A program made the translations under genes and the position numbers. A DNA stretch of 64,000 bases from Psammoneis japonica (lineage: Eukaryota). The notes below the pieces were generated by a model. The model worked only from the letters and a program-made list of their open reading frames with translations, was not told the origin of the DNA and searched no databases. How positions within the stretch are numbered: the first letter of the stretch is position 1; each line of letters begins with the position of its first letter. Of this stretch, positions 49,620 through 62,399 are shown piece by piece. The DNA lies in assembly GCA_008632985.1 (NCBI GenBank), contig QPGO01000027.1, positions 62,001-126,000 of the forward strand, given 5' to 3'.

Positions 49620-50491
49620 TCACAAACGAGATGCTGGTCTTTGTTGGAAATCAACAATGGGTTCCGCCGCCCATCGACCAATGACCTTATTGTTGTTTGC
49701 TTTGATGACGCCATTGGTTTCCATAAAGACACGAGAATCTACCCAGGGAACGGACCAGAACGAGCACTCATTTTCTGCGGTTTGGAGGCTTGTATTTGTC
49801 GTCGTTCCTGTCCCTTGGCAAGGACCGTCCATTGTTTGGCAAGCATCAAGCTGAGTGGTGTTGAGGACTTGGGGTATTCCCATTTCTGGGTTTGCTCGTT
49901 CCATTGCTTGGGACGACCACGAACTTGGACCGCGTCCAATTCTTCCTGTGCTTTCCATTCCTCCGTACGAGCCTTGGTAGTGCTTCCTCCATTTGTTTGA
50001 GAGAATCCTGGGAGTACACAAACCTTCTAATGTCAGTTTGGTTTCCGCCGGAATGATCACATCCGATTTGCTTATTTGTTCCGGCAAGTAGAGCGAGCAC
50101 TCCAGTCGCCTACCGTCGTCCCCAGTTTCCATTCTCCGCCTTGAATAGGCTTGGTAACCCCACCCGCAATCGCGGTATATGAGACTGTATCGGACTGGGG
50201 CACAACCAAACCATGAGGAGTAAAGTCACAAGGTACCACGAGAGGAAACCGTGCTCCAGACCTTCCGTATGAGTCCCACGGAGGTGTGGCAAATTCTCGA
50301 CCGAAGTTAAGAGCCAGTCGCCAGGAAGCGGGATGAGCCTTCACAGTTGCGACTGTATCTTCTTCTGCCGGTGCTGTAGTGGCTCTCGTCAGTGGCGGGC
50401 CTCCCACTCCGGGGACCGCTACATAAGCAACGGCAGCGACAGATAATGTGGTGAGCACGAGCAACAAGGACGAGAGTGGTAGTAGTTTCAT
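49620..50491 (-). CDS. Hypothetical signal-peptide protein, possibly plastid-targeted (frameshifted)
   Basis: MKLLPLSSLLLVL.., WRLALNFGRE..YGRSGARFPLVVPCDF, continuing in ORF 49620-50132. Confidence 0.55.
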
Positions 50492-51215
50492 GGGTGGATA
50501 GAGGCTGGGTGATGTGTTGTTTCGCGCGTTCGTGGGTGTTGGCTGCTTGTACTCAGATCAATTTTTTAAAATGACAAGAGTTGTAAAGTTTCTCAATCAT
50601 GCCACCATTGTACGACTTCATGATTCATCATCTGCAAGGTGACACGACAGCTGAAATGAATCATCATCTCCGTCTCACGCATCTTCGATAGGGGCTTTCG
50701 CGAAGAAACCCGAAGTGAGCAAAAGGAAAAACGTGAGCGAGGCGGGACTGACTCTGCATTCATGACTGACGACTCACATCATTGATTTCAACCAGAAGTG
50801 ATTTATTTATGAGTAACATTGAAGGGGCTGTAGAATCAGGTGGCAGATGATTTATTATTTTACATCGGTAAATTAAAAAATTTACATATAACACTTTCCA
50901 TCTCATCTATTTAACATCCAGTCAAATGTAGTTGTCCAATCTACGTCGAAAGGATTAATGATCTAAAGGTTTGTTGATGGGTATGAAGGTGACGTGGTTT
51001 TGTGAAAGTTTTGGAGCCACATCATTTGCGATCAAAACTTGACAGATTGAGCAGATGGCTGATGGCTGATGGCTGGTCCTGTGTTCTTCCAAAAGCGAGT
51101 GACACGTATTTCAACATTGAACATGATAACAACGCATCAACGAGACTAATCAAACTTCACGTCAGTCCCAAACAACACAACAAAAAGACTGTTTCGAATT
51201 GATTCGAGCGACGAC

Positions 51216-51938
51216 ATGAGTAGCATACTGTACCAGTTCATCCCCAGCGGCAGCAGTCGGAACGGAACGGCTGACATTGACACTGCCAGTCACTCGAGCG
51301 CGGGCTCATCAGGCTTGAAACGAGAGAAAGAAGAGATCTCCAACGACTCTCTTCCTCCGGCAAAAAAGATTCGACTCGATTTGAGTGCTGTTCCTGTCGA
51401 AATCAGCCCCCAAGACTTTGTTTCGAATGCCTTTCGCGTGAATGGATTTCCCACTGAAATTACTCCGACCACGTCATGCAATCATTTCGTAGAGCCGACT
51501 CAAGCAGAGATTGAGGCCTACGACACGGACGTGCTTCAAGCGGCTCGAGACAGAGACATTCAATGCCTACGCAAAATGCACAAGGAAGGACGCACCATGC
51601 AATGCTGCAATCGCTTTGGAGAAAGTCTCGTGCATTTAGCGTGTCGAAGAGGTTTTACCGATCTCTTTGAGTTTCTCGTCAAGGAAGCAAACGTGTCGCT
51701 CTGCATCAAGGACGACTTTGGAAGAACGCCCATGCATGATTGTTGCTGGGCTCCGCAACCAAACTTTGAAATCATGGAAATATTGCTGCAGGAGGTGCCA
51801 GAACATTTGTTTCTCAGCGATGTTCGTGGTCATACGCCATTTTCGTACGTCCGAAAGCATCACTGGGGAGAATGGGTATCCTTTCTTGCTAACGAAGCAC
51901 TATGCTACGACCAAAGCAGGTCGCAAGATGACGGCTAG
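51216..51938 (+). CDS. Ankyrin-repeat protein
   Basis: CNRFGESLVHLACRRG, DDFGRTPMHDCCW and DVRGHTPFSYVR. Confidence 0.85.
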   Translation: MSSILYQFIPSGSSRNGTADIDTASHSSAGSSGLKREKEEISNDSLPPAKKIRLDLSAVPVEISPQDFVSNAFRVNGFPTEITPTTSCNHFVEPTQAEIEAYDTDVLQAARDRDIQCLRKMHKEGRTMQCCNRFGESLVHLACRRGFTDLFEFLVKEANVSLCIKDDFGRTPMHDCCWAPQPNFEIMEILLQEVPEHLFLSDVRGHTPFSYVRKHHWGEWVSFLANEALCYDQSRSQDDG

Positions 51939-52139
51939 CCGGGCTTTAGCTTTTAACGATAGAAAACTCCAAGCTTTTAACCATATCTTTATATGCTCTA
52001 GGCTACATTGCTGGCTCTAGCTAAGGCACGAGGTGCCTCGCCAAGTCTATCTACTCTAGAGTGAGCACGATTCACCATCACTTTGTGGTAGGCTATGTTG
52101 TTTGTTGGTCCAGTGCAAATAAAGTGTCATGTGTTTATG

Positions 52140-53785
52140 ACCAATGTTCAGACGGCATCATTCCTCTAAAGTGGTGGTTGCGTCACGCATCCGCAGTCTT
52201 TCTCCACAAGAGAGAGAAGGACAACTTTTAAACACAGTGTGCAGGACGTTTGGCAGAAGGAATGGGAGATGAGTCAGTGTGGAGAGAGGAGGCAAAGCAA
52301 AGGGCATGCATGGAAAGATGGCAGATGAAGTTGTGGTGGCCAAGCGTTTGAACAGTCAGCCCATTGGGAGGAAGGGAAGGCAGAATGGTGCATGCTGCCA
52401 GAGCGATCATTGAAAAGGCAGCTCCACGCAAAATGAGCAGAGGGAAGAAGAGCAGATGGGGGTGTGAGGGTGCAGAGAAAAACAGAGCAGGAAGCACTGG
52501 AGGTCAGAGGAGGAAGACCAGGGAGGCTTTGGTTGAGAGCAGGCAGAGGAGAGCAAAGAACCAAAGAGAGGAGCCGACAGCATCAATGGAAGCCAAGACA
52601 CCACCAAGGTGATCAACTGCAAAGAGAAGAAGGAAGATTCTGTCATTGTTGAGCAAAGCAACAACAAGAAATCCATCGGCAAAGGCAGAACAGAGCAGCC
52701 AAGAAGCTTCAGTCTCATGCTTGAGTGGTGTGCCTCAGTTGAAACAGGGAAGAGCAAGAAGGATCCTGGTGGGGAATGGCGACATTGACAGAGGGACATG
52801 GCGGTGGCAGAAGGGAGCTGGAAGAGAAGCAGGAGCTGGCATGGAAATGCCAACATCAGCAGAGCAGAGGAGCAGATGGGTGTGGAAAGCAGATTCATGA
52901 GCTCAAGGCAAACATCACTGGAGGAGTGACAGATTTTGGCAAGGGGCTCCAAAGTCTGAGACACAATGAAGAAAGTGTCTGGGAGACCATCAGCAGAGAG
53001 TTTAGATTTGTGACCATGATCACTGCAGGCATTGAGCACAGCATCACTGCAGAGACAGGGTGTGCCAATGAGGGAAGGAGGGAGGACTGGGAGATGGAGT
53101 TTGTTCTGGGCAGCAACAATGATGCAGCCATCAAAAGCAAGGCAGGAGCTCTCTGGAAGCAACGGAAGAGGAGCAAAGAGGAGGCTGGACAGCAGAGACA
53201 AGAGAGAAGGTGGAGAAACTTGCACATTGTGAGGAGCATCAGCTGGGGTGGCAGTGACCCCTTGCTGCTGGTGATCATGGCAGAGAGGACAGCGTGAGAG
53301 GTCAGGGAGAGAGCAGCAGACTTGAGAAGAGGAGCAGCCAAAAAGGAAGAAGCAGCAGACTCAACAAGAGCAGCCAAAGAGGAAGTGGAAGAGGAGGAGG
53401 TGGAAGCAAGAGCAGAGGCAAAGCGGTGGAATGCCATGCAGAGATGCAGGGTCAAACGGGGGTTGCTCCAGGAGGACAAAGACATCTTGAAGAAGCAGCG
53501 GGAAAGAGCGATGGCAGCCATTGTGTCGTCTCCAGATGGCAGCTGAATGCCATGAGCAGCAGACCACAAGGATCAGAGGAGAGCAACAAGGAAGGGGGGA
53601 TGGAAGCAGTGGACAGGTCCCAAAGGCCAAAGCCACCGAGTGAAGCAGGGAGAAAGGTGATGGCAAGGGAGTGGGGAGGAAGAGACTCATGGCCAGCATG
53701 AGAGGTGGCAACAACGAGTCGAAGGAATCGATGGTCAGCAGTGTGACAAGGGTGTCCTGAAAGGAGGATGTCCAAAGAAAAGGAT
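52140..53785. mobile_element. TpA/CpG-depleted island 3 (decayed purine-rich ORF, unassigned repeat)
   Basis: No TA seen from ~52231 to ~53788. Broken Glu/Arg/Ala-rich reading frames on the + strand. Confidence 0.55.
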
Positions 53786-54070
53786 CGGGAGGGTTATCGG
53801 GATCGAAGTTATGATAAGAGTCAGCACCAAGAAGGTGAGTGGAGGATGCCCCGCTGGATGAGGGTGGGCGTGAAGAACACATCATGCGCGTGCTTCACGC
53901 GTGTTCTTCTGTCATGGTGTATGTTCGTCTGCGACACGTCGTTGAAGTGCGTGCTGTCTGCGCCGCAACTGCATTCCGTGAGATCATCACGCACGCAAGA
54001 GCGAGCATGCCGTTGTCGCTGTTGAAGCCGATATCATTTTCTTGACAGCGCGAACTTTGTTATTGCCACC

Positions 54071-55376
54071 ATGGGAAATTTGCTGGGAGCACCAATTACA
54101 GAAAAGGAGACTCATGTGGGAGTTACTGCGGATAGTAAATTGTCCTATGGCGTCTCGACGATGCAGGGTTGGAGAGTTCATATGGAGGACGGCGAAATCT
54201 GTGCGCCACGGCTGTACGCCATGAATGATGAAAAACAGAAAATTGAAATGCCTGGCCATTCCCTTTTTGCCGTCTTTGATGGACACGGTGGTAGTTATTC
54301 CGCAGTGTATGCCTCCAAGAATTTGTGTCGAGTGTTAAGTCGACAAGCCAAGTTTGTGCAGTATGCCGAGTTTGTTCAGGAGCGCAGCAGCAAAGAAGCG
54401 AGTCTGACTTCGCCCTCGGAACGTGCCAAGTATATTCGAACCGGGATGGAATTGTTGGAAGAATCATTAAAGGACGCTTTTGTTGAATTAGATAAGGAGA
54501 TTTTTCAGAGTTTGCAGGGGTACAGCATCCAGATGCAAACATGCCCTATGACGATGATGTCGATATGGATGCAAACACGAGTCAGAAGAAATTACAAGAA
54601 GAAGAGGAGGAGGAGGTATCCAAAGAAGATTCTGGAACAACGGCTGTTGTGGTGGTAGTCACGCCTCAGTGGGTCATTTGTGCCAATGCTGGTGATTCAC
54701 GTGCCGTCTTTAGCAAGGATGGACAAAAGGCTGCGCCCCTTTCGTATGATCACAAACCGGATGATGAGGAAGAAGAACGAAGGATACGTGCGGCGGGCGG
54801 TTATGTCGCCGGTGGGCGTGTCGAGATGGACTTGGCAGTCAGTCGGGGGTTGGGAGATTACCGCTTTAAAGTGCCTCAGGTCGTTCTGGGTGGCATTGCT
54901 GGTAACAACAATAGCAAGGACGCAAGTGTCAAGAGACCCCACGACCAGAAGGTATCGCCCGTCCCTGATGTCATTGTACAGAATCGAAACCCGGAACTGG
55001 ATGAATTTATCGTTGTAGCCTGTGACGGCATTTGGGATGTCCAGACCAATTATGAAGCGGTCAAAAATGTCGCAAACATTTTTGCAGAGGGAGAATCAGA
55101 CTTGGGACTTGTGTGCGAGGAGGTAAGAACAGACGCAGAAAATGTTTCCTAGGCTTGGCGTACACTCGTCTCACTCTTGCTATTTTCTATGCTTAGATTC
55201 TTGATCTCTGTCTGATAATGGGTAGCAAGGACAACATGACGGCGCTTATTATAAAGTTTGACGCTCAAAAGATTGGTGAAGGAGGCGGTGTGGCGGCAAG
55301 GAGACAAGCTCGAGAAAAAGTTGAGAATGGTGACGAGGATTCCAAAGCCGAAGCCGCCGACACAACTAAAAACTAA
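54071..55376 (+). CDS. Protein phosphatase 2C (PPM family)
   Basis: MGNLLG, MQGWRVHMED, VFDGHGG, NAGDSRAV, DHKP, LAVSRGLGD, ACDGIWD, GSKDNMT. Intron 55123-55196 and an indel near 54520. Confidence 0.92.
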
Positions 55377-55678
55377 TTTTACAAAAGCCATTGTTAATTC
55401 GATCGTGCTGTTGGTCGTGTTGGTCATGCATATGGATGGTTCCATATCTTAGAGGAATAGTATTCTCATGCGAAGTAGCTTGAGCTTCATCCATCAGTTT
55501 TTCTTCCAAATGAAGTAGAGCGTCCGACGATATTGCGAAGATGTGATTGGAAGTGTATGCAATCACACTGTAATAAGAGATATGGGGCTCCACGGCTTTC
55601 AGAATCAAAATGTGTATACTGAACCATCAACGTACAGTAGTCCCCCCCCCCCGCACCATACGTCCCCAGAACCTTTCG

Positions 55679-56333
55679 TCAAAACATGAATATTCGACTG
55701 GCAATGTCCTCCACCATCCAATCCATGCCCTCCACCAGTCCTTCTCCCGTAACAGCACTGCATGATTGGATCGACCAGTGGCGATTTTGAAACTTTTCAT
55801 GAGTATCCAACTCGAGTATGGAAGCCACCTGAGCACAAGTCAAGGCTCCCTCAATATCTTGCTTGTTGGCAAAGATCAAAAGTGAAGCTCCGGCTAGTTT
55901 TTCTTGTTGAAGCATGTCCAACAATTCCTGTTTGCAAATATCCAGTCGGGCGCGATCCGCACAGTCCACTACCCACACAATGCCATCGGTTTGTTCAAAA
56001 TAGTTTCTCCAATAGGCGCGAATCGATTTCTGGCCACCCACATCCCACATGTTGAGTGAGTATCCGCCGTGATTGAGCGTTTTGATGTTGAAACCAAGAG
56101 TAGGTTCAATCTTATCGATGGGCTCGCCACTGAATTTTCGTAATATCGTCGTTTTCCCTGCATTGTCTAAACCCAGAATCAAGAGACGGACTTCTTTTTC
56201 CTTAGCTTTGACCTGATGATGGGGTGATGGTATTATGAGACCGATCAGCGGTTTGAGGCGTGCATGGAACTATTCACATTTCTTGAATGCTTTCAAGGAT
56301 AGTTACCTTTTTAAGTATGGTAAGCAAGCCCAT
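55679..56333 (-). CDS. ARL2: ADP-ribosylation factor-like GTPase 2
   Basis: [69 protein letters not shown]. One intron at ~56213-56306. Confidence 0.92.
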
Positions 56334-56860
56334 AACGTCAATCAGAAGAGGCGGAAGTAAGAAGGTATTTCGGCTTTACATAGATCTCCGTTGCAACAAC
56401 AGCAACAACCCACATACAACATACAACCCACAGGAAAAAATGAATGGGTTAGTTCGAAATTCTGGAGTGAAAACCTCAATCGCCTATTCCCCATACGATC
56501 GTAATACAAGATGCAGTATTCGCGCCTAAACGGGAATGATTGTCCCATGCTTACGTCATGATTAGTGTGACGTGTTTGTATTTGCGTGATTTAGCCAATC
56601 AAAATGCAGGATTTTGATTCGCTTAAAGCTCCCTCCGCTGTCAGAACGTGAAAATTGGCGCCAAGTTCAACGATCAGCGATCGACGGGGACCAGCTGCTT
56701 CCATTCGACACCAAGATCGCTGTTGAGTGACTCAAGCAATACAAGGGACAGTATCAACGAACCTCCATCGGTTTACTGAGTTCTTGTTTGGAACAGAGTA
56801 AACTACTGAAAATTTGGTCGTAACAGGATCAGCGTGAATTTCTTCACTAAAGAGAAGACT

Positions 56861-57652
56861 ATGGTGTCAGAATCCAGGTTTTCGCGCAATTATCTTATTG
56901 GAATCTGCCTGTTCGCCAGCTTGTTTCTTCAAGTAGCAACCGGCTTCACCTCTCCCCATGGCGGTACGCGGCATGTTTATTCCAAATCAGCTCTTGGTGT
57001 CAATACCTACGCTCCATGGGCTGACACAGCCGAATCGATTGAATACGAAAAGCGGCAAGAACGAGTGCAAGAACAGATACGAAGAATACAAGAGCGACAA
57101 CGCGAACAAATGCTGAATCTCCAGCAACAAAAGCAGCAAAAGACAGTCGCAAAACACCAAGTACAGCAAACGATGAGGACGCTCTATGATGTGTTGGGTG
57201 CTCCCAAAAATGCCACGCGAGCTGAATTGAAAGAGTCGTACGTGATGTTGGCAAAGCAAACTCATCCGGATGCCATGATTGGGAGAGATGGTAATTCGAG
57301 ACTAGAAGATGACTTTGGCGACGTTGCAGCAGCATGGAGGACTCTGTCCAATACCAGGAGTAGACAAAAGTACGACCGTCAGCTTCGAGCCAAGGAGTTT
57401 GCTGTGGAAGTGGAAAACGTGGTGACCGAAATGAGCAAGCGAACCATACCGGTGGCCATGCACGCGGTAGAGACCTATGTCGTACCGACCTTTTTGAAGA
57501 CTGCCACAACGGTAATGGCATCTACATCTGCGGCAGCCGATGAATGGAAAAATACGGGCGATGTGGGTAGCGCTTTTGTGTCTGCTGTCAAGGCTGGACG
57601 GCGAGCAGTTCGGGAGGTTGACATGCATTTGCTTCAAGCAGCCGCCGAGTGA
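56861..57652 (+). CDS. DnaJ-domain protein with a bipartite plastid-targeting-like presequence
   Basis: Signal peptide ending VATG-FTSP. J-domain TLYDVLG..HPD..AAWRTLS..R.KYD. Confidence 0.8.
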   Translation: MVSESRFSRNYLIGICLFASLFLQVATGFTSPHGGTRHVYSKSALGVNTYAPWADTAESIEYEKRQERVQEQIRRIQERQREQMLNLQQQKQQKTVAKHQVQQTMRTLYDVLGAPKNATRAELKESYVMLAKQTHPDAMIGRDGNSRLEDDFGDVAAAWRTLSNTRSRQKYDRQLRAKEFAVEVENVVTEMSKRTIPVAMHAVETYVVPTFLKTATTVMASTSAAADEWKNTGDVGSAFVSAVKAGRRAVREVDMHLLQAAAE

Positions 57653-57993
57653 TTTGGGGGTTCATCCACGAGCCGAGCTTGAACATTTTTCAAAAAATGT
57701 TTGTATCGACAAGCTGGCTCAACATTGAGATGGAGATGTTTTTTCACAATAGATGGATACTATAAATTACTTTAACAGACAACTCAAAATGTTCTCACTT
57801 GCGCAATTTGTTGGTAAGTATTGTACCGAATAGATATTACCTATCAAGGACTAGCTCTACCTTCAATCTCACGCTCGACGCAGATGCGTGGGGGATCCAA
57901 TCCTCTCACGCGGACCAGGTCATTGCAGATAAACAGCTACCAAGTACCATATCGGAAGATCTGCACCGACCGTGTAGTAGTACTCAAAAAGAA

Positions 57994-60900
57994 TCATTTC
58001 TTGAAATAGGACGACTTAGCAGAGGATGATGTGGGGTCAGGCAGCTCAATTGCTCCAAAGTCAATGTCTTCATCGAACTCAAACTCCTCGTCGACATCAA
58101 TCACGTCCGTCGAACCCGCCGCCGTACTCTTGTCGCCCGTTGATTTGGAGTCACCATGAGAAGTAGAGTCTTCCGTCTTCTTCTTTTTCGCTGGACGACG
58201 ATCAATATACTTTTGCAAGTTCCCCATTTCTATAAACGCATTGATGTTCTTCACGAGCCTCTCTCCGTATTCCTTCACGACATTCTCACCAAGAACACCC
58301 AGCGCTGAAAGCTCCTCGATCGAGGTTGGAACTTGAGCGGCCAGGGTAGACATTGCATCATTGCTCATAATGTTCCAATCTGTTAACAAAATAAAAAGAC
58401 GACGAAGCGAAACAAGATTAAGATCACAGAAATGCAGACATCATGCCCAGACGCTTATTGCTGCTTACAGTACACCCGATTGCCGTTCATTTGTTCCTCG
58501 TCCGCCCACATGGACGTAAGCTTCTTAATCCGAGTGATAAGCTCGGACGTTTGCTTCTTGGGCAGAACGGATTTGTCTGATGGAGAGCTCGACTTGCTGC
58601 CGACTCGCCGTGCCGCGCCAACATCCTCCAAGTCTGTGTCAGTGTCATCGTCTTCAATCTCCTCAATGACTGGCGAATTCTTCTTGCCATTCTTTGACTT
58701 GACTCCAGCCTGTTTGGCCGGCTTTCCTTTTGTTTTTGCGGAGGAATTCTTCGTCTTGGGAGACTTCTTCGTTTTGGCGACCGAGCCAGTCGCCTGAGAA
58801 GTCGTCCTGCTCGGAAAATCTACAAAGAACTTCTGCTGTCCCCGCTCTACTTGGAATGACTTTATTCCAGGGCGAACATAGTCACAACTGAATCCACTTT
58901 GGTTCTGCTCTGACGACTCTTCGAGAATGCTCTCATACACCAAAGCATGCAGAATCCTGTCCACATCGTTCTTGAGATACATTGATCCAGTTCCGTAATA
59001 CTTGAGCTTCGAAACGTTGAAGAACTTGGTCGCTTGCTTCGACTTGCTACCACGAAAAAGCTCTCCGAGTTGAACCATTGTCACTCCTATACTCCTCTGT
59101 GAATACATGTCTTTCAACAGGCTCAACATCTTTCTCGCCACTTCTGTGAGGTCTCGACGTTCCGCCACACGTCCGTGACGACAGTTGTCACAGGTTCCGC
59201 CACATTTGGACCGGTCGAAACGCTCACCAAAGAATTCAAGTTGCATGGTTCGGCGACAAAGGAATTCGTTCTCGCAATACCGCAAACATGTGTATAGCTG
59301 GTCAATCTTTCGACGAGTGCTTTGAGAGGCAGGATTGGACGAGGCCTTTTTGATCATCATTTCCAATACTTGCTTGTCCTTGTAGGCATAAAACAGGATA
59401 CAGTCTGCTTTCTGCCCATCTCGTCCTGCTCTACCGCTCTCCTGATAGTAGTGTGTAATCGACTTGGGCATGCTGTAATGAATGACGTAGCTATGATCAC
59501 GACATAGTCAAATCGGAGAGTGAGCCAATCATCAGAGTTTATGCCCAGTCTCTTTCTTCGCGTTCCTCAATGACTTACCGAACATCAGGCTTGTCTATAC
59601 CCATACCGAACGCAATCGTGGCACACAATACACTAATCTTTCCGTTGCTCCAGGCTCGATGTCTCTCTGCTCGTGTGTGTGCGTCCAACTCGGCATGGTA
59701 GAAGGAAACTCCAACGCTACCGTGTCCCTTTTCTCGCAGCTTCTGCTGCAGTTTCTCACTTACATTTTGACAATCTTTTCGGCTCAAGCAATAGATCACA
59801 CCTGAATCATGCTTTCGACTAGCGACGTAATCTGCCATTGTATCAATAGTCTTTTTGTTTTTCTTTTGCACTTCATAGTGCAGGTTGGGCCGATTGAATG
59901 ACGACTTGTATCGGTATTCATTCTTCATTCCCAAAGCACGAATGGCGTCGCTGACAACCTTTTCGTTTGCGGTCGCCGTCAAGGCCATAAGAGGAACGTT
60001 TGGATAGAGCCTGCGTAGCACACCCAAATTATTATCTGTGAGCAGAAGAAGAAGAAGAAGAAGAAACGAATGTATGAGAAGCATTGAGAAGTAGTAGTAT
60101 CCCCGGTGGATCCAAAGCATCCCAAACACTCCAAGGCAATCTCACGTGGATCCAAAGCCATCAAAGCACTTACAGTCCGGGCGGAAGTCATGGCCCCAGT
60201 CCGATAGACAATGCGCTTCATCCACGACGAAGCGACTGAGCAACTGTCGATCGTACAGTTTGCGCAACACGTTTTGTATCAAACCAGAATGAGACAACTT
60301 CTCGGGAGTAATGTACAAGAGTTTGACTCCACCGTGGCCTGACGTTTCAAAGAGACGGCGGATGATTTCTTTCTGTTCCGTTTCGTAGTCTTGCGCCGAG
60401 TTTAGAAACACTGACTCGACACCCAGCTTGGTCATGCTCTGGACTTGATCTTGAATGAGCGACAAGAGTGGGGAAATGACAACCGCCAATCCGGGACAAC
60501 ACCAAGCTGGTAACTGATAACATAGCGATTTACCACCACCTGTCGGCATGAGACAAAAGACATCTCGACCGTCCATTGCATTTTGAATGACATCGAGCTG
60601 TCCGGGACGAAAGGAAGAGTGACCAAACTTTCGACGGTTCTCTGCATTCAAATCCAAGACGCCACTTGTGCCACCTGTCATAGCTTGATTGAAAGAAGAA
60701 GACGACGAATAGTTGACGGTACTGTTGTAATTTGAATTGCCGCTCGAGTTTCCATCGTTTTCGTCGACCCACTGAAAAAAGTCGCATGCGTCTGGCATGC
60801 TGCATTTGTAAAACTGCCGTCCCTGGTTGGTGGCCGTGTTGGCCGTCAACGTCTTGCAGGGTTGACCGTGTCCCAGACAACGAGGGGCCGTTGAGAGCCC

Positions 60901-62121
60901 GTAGGAAGGATCGGTAGTAATGCCGGTGTCCATGTAGTTATTGGATGGCGCATACTGAGAGGCTCCGCCGGAGTTGTAGGAATTGTTGCTGTATGCGGAG
61001 GTCGAAGAAAAGTCCTGAGAAGTGGTGTTGTAATTTCCGCCTTGATTCCTTTCAACGCCACCCTCATCGGCCCACTGGAAAAAGTCACATTCGTCCGGCA
61101 TGCTGCACTTGTAGAATTGCCGCCCCTTGTTAGTAGCGGTGTTGGCTGTCAACGTCTTGCATGGTTGGCCGTGTCCAGGGCAGCAGGGAACAGTGTTTTC
61201 ATTGCTTGGCGGGAAGGAAGGACCGCCATTGTAATAATTGCCACCTCCACTTTCAAAGCTTGTCGAAGCATTCCCATAGCCAGCACTCCCGCTCGAATAA
61301 AAGGAAGAGCTCGCTTGCTGCTGATTCTGTTGCTGCTGGCCACGTTTCGCCACTAAATCGTCGACGTCCAGGTTTGCGCACCAGTCATCATCACCAAACT
61401 CGAACGCGGGTTCCTTCTCGACCTGCATCGGAGTGGGATCCGGCGGTGGTGGCCCAGACGCTGCTGCAGTAGTAGTCTGTACAGCGGATGCAGCGTTTGC
61501 ACTGGTCTCTTGCTCTTCCTGTTGCGGCAGGTTCAATTGCTTACGACACGACTCTTGTTCTTCTTGAAAGGCTGCAGCCTCTCCAAACACCCGCTTGGCA
61601 CATCCCGGCGAATTAAAGGAATTTGGCAAGTGCTGTCCAAAGACTGCATTGTGACGATTTCGTTTCCGGCGTTGGGGAGAGAGAAACGGAACTGATGAGG
61701 AAGCGTGTGTCGGACCCTGATTGTCCTCGTCTTCCATGACTACGACGTTCTCTTTGTTTGTAACTGTGGAGGAAGAAGGATGAGGAGGATTTGATTGTGC
61801 TGTACTACTGCTTGCTTCTGCAACAGTTTCTGTTGTCGTTACTGTAAAAATCGTATTCGACGAGATTTTTGACGTGTCAACAAACGAAAATCCTTCCCCT
61901 CGAGCATGACGATCCCGATAGAGTGATTCACCGAGACTACTCCCATCGGGTTGAATAGCATACTCAAAACCAGCATAGAGGCCTTGCTTTCCTGCTTGTT
62001 GCAGGGACTTATGAAACCAGTCCTTGTGATACTCGAGATTGTTCTTGATGCTACTGGATGTGCTGCCGCCGCTGATGTTGTTGTTGTTGTTGCTTCCCAG
62101 CACTTCGGTGTTGCCACTCAT
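57994..62121 (-). CDS. RECQ: RecQ (BLM-like) DNA helicase with two N-terminal GRF zinc fingers, RQC and HRDC domains
   Basis: [68 protein letters not shown]. Two copies of GHGQPC..NxGRQFYKC..CDFFQW. Three introns (~60037-60172, 59490-59576, 58381-58468). Confidence 0.93.
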
Positions 62122-62399
62122 GATTGTGTATAGTGATATGGTGGGAGAAACGCTATGTACCAGCGTCGCTGGAAGGGATGTGTGTCGTTGACGACGACGG
62201 TTGCTGTCAGAGATCCTTCGCCGCCGCCGGCATGGTGTGTTGTGGTGTTGGGTGTTGCTGATTTTTAGGGTTTCTGGCGCGCTTATCATACTTTCAAGTA
62301 CAAATAAAATTTATGTTTGATGTCATCACCAATTAACGATTCAGATAATTCAGTCGTGATCCGAGATCAAGCAAGTCGTGCCAATGACCTGAGCTAAAA

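Noticed and set aside
52024..52059. Hairpin aggcac-gag-gtgcct followed by CTAG as a Helitron 3' end
   Set aside because: The stem is short, the upstream DNA is a host gene 3' region, and there is no other Helitron evidence.
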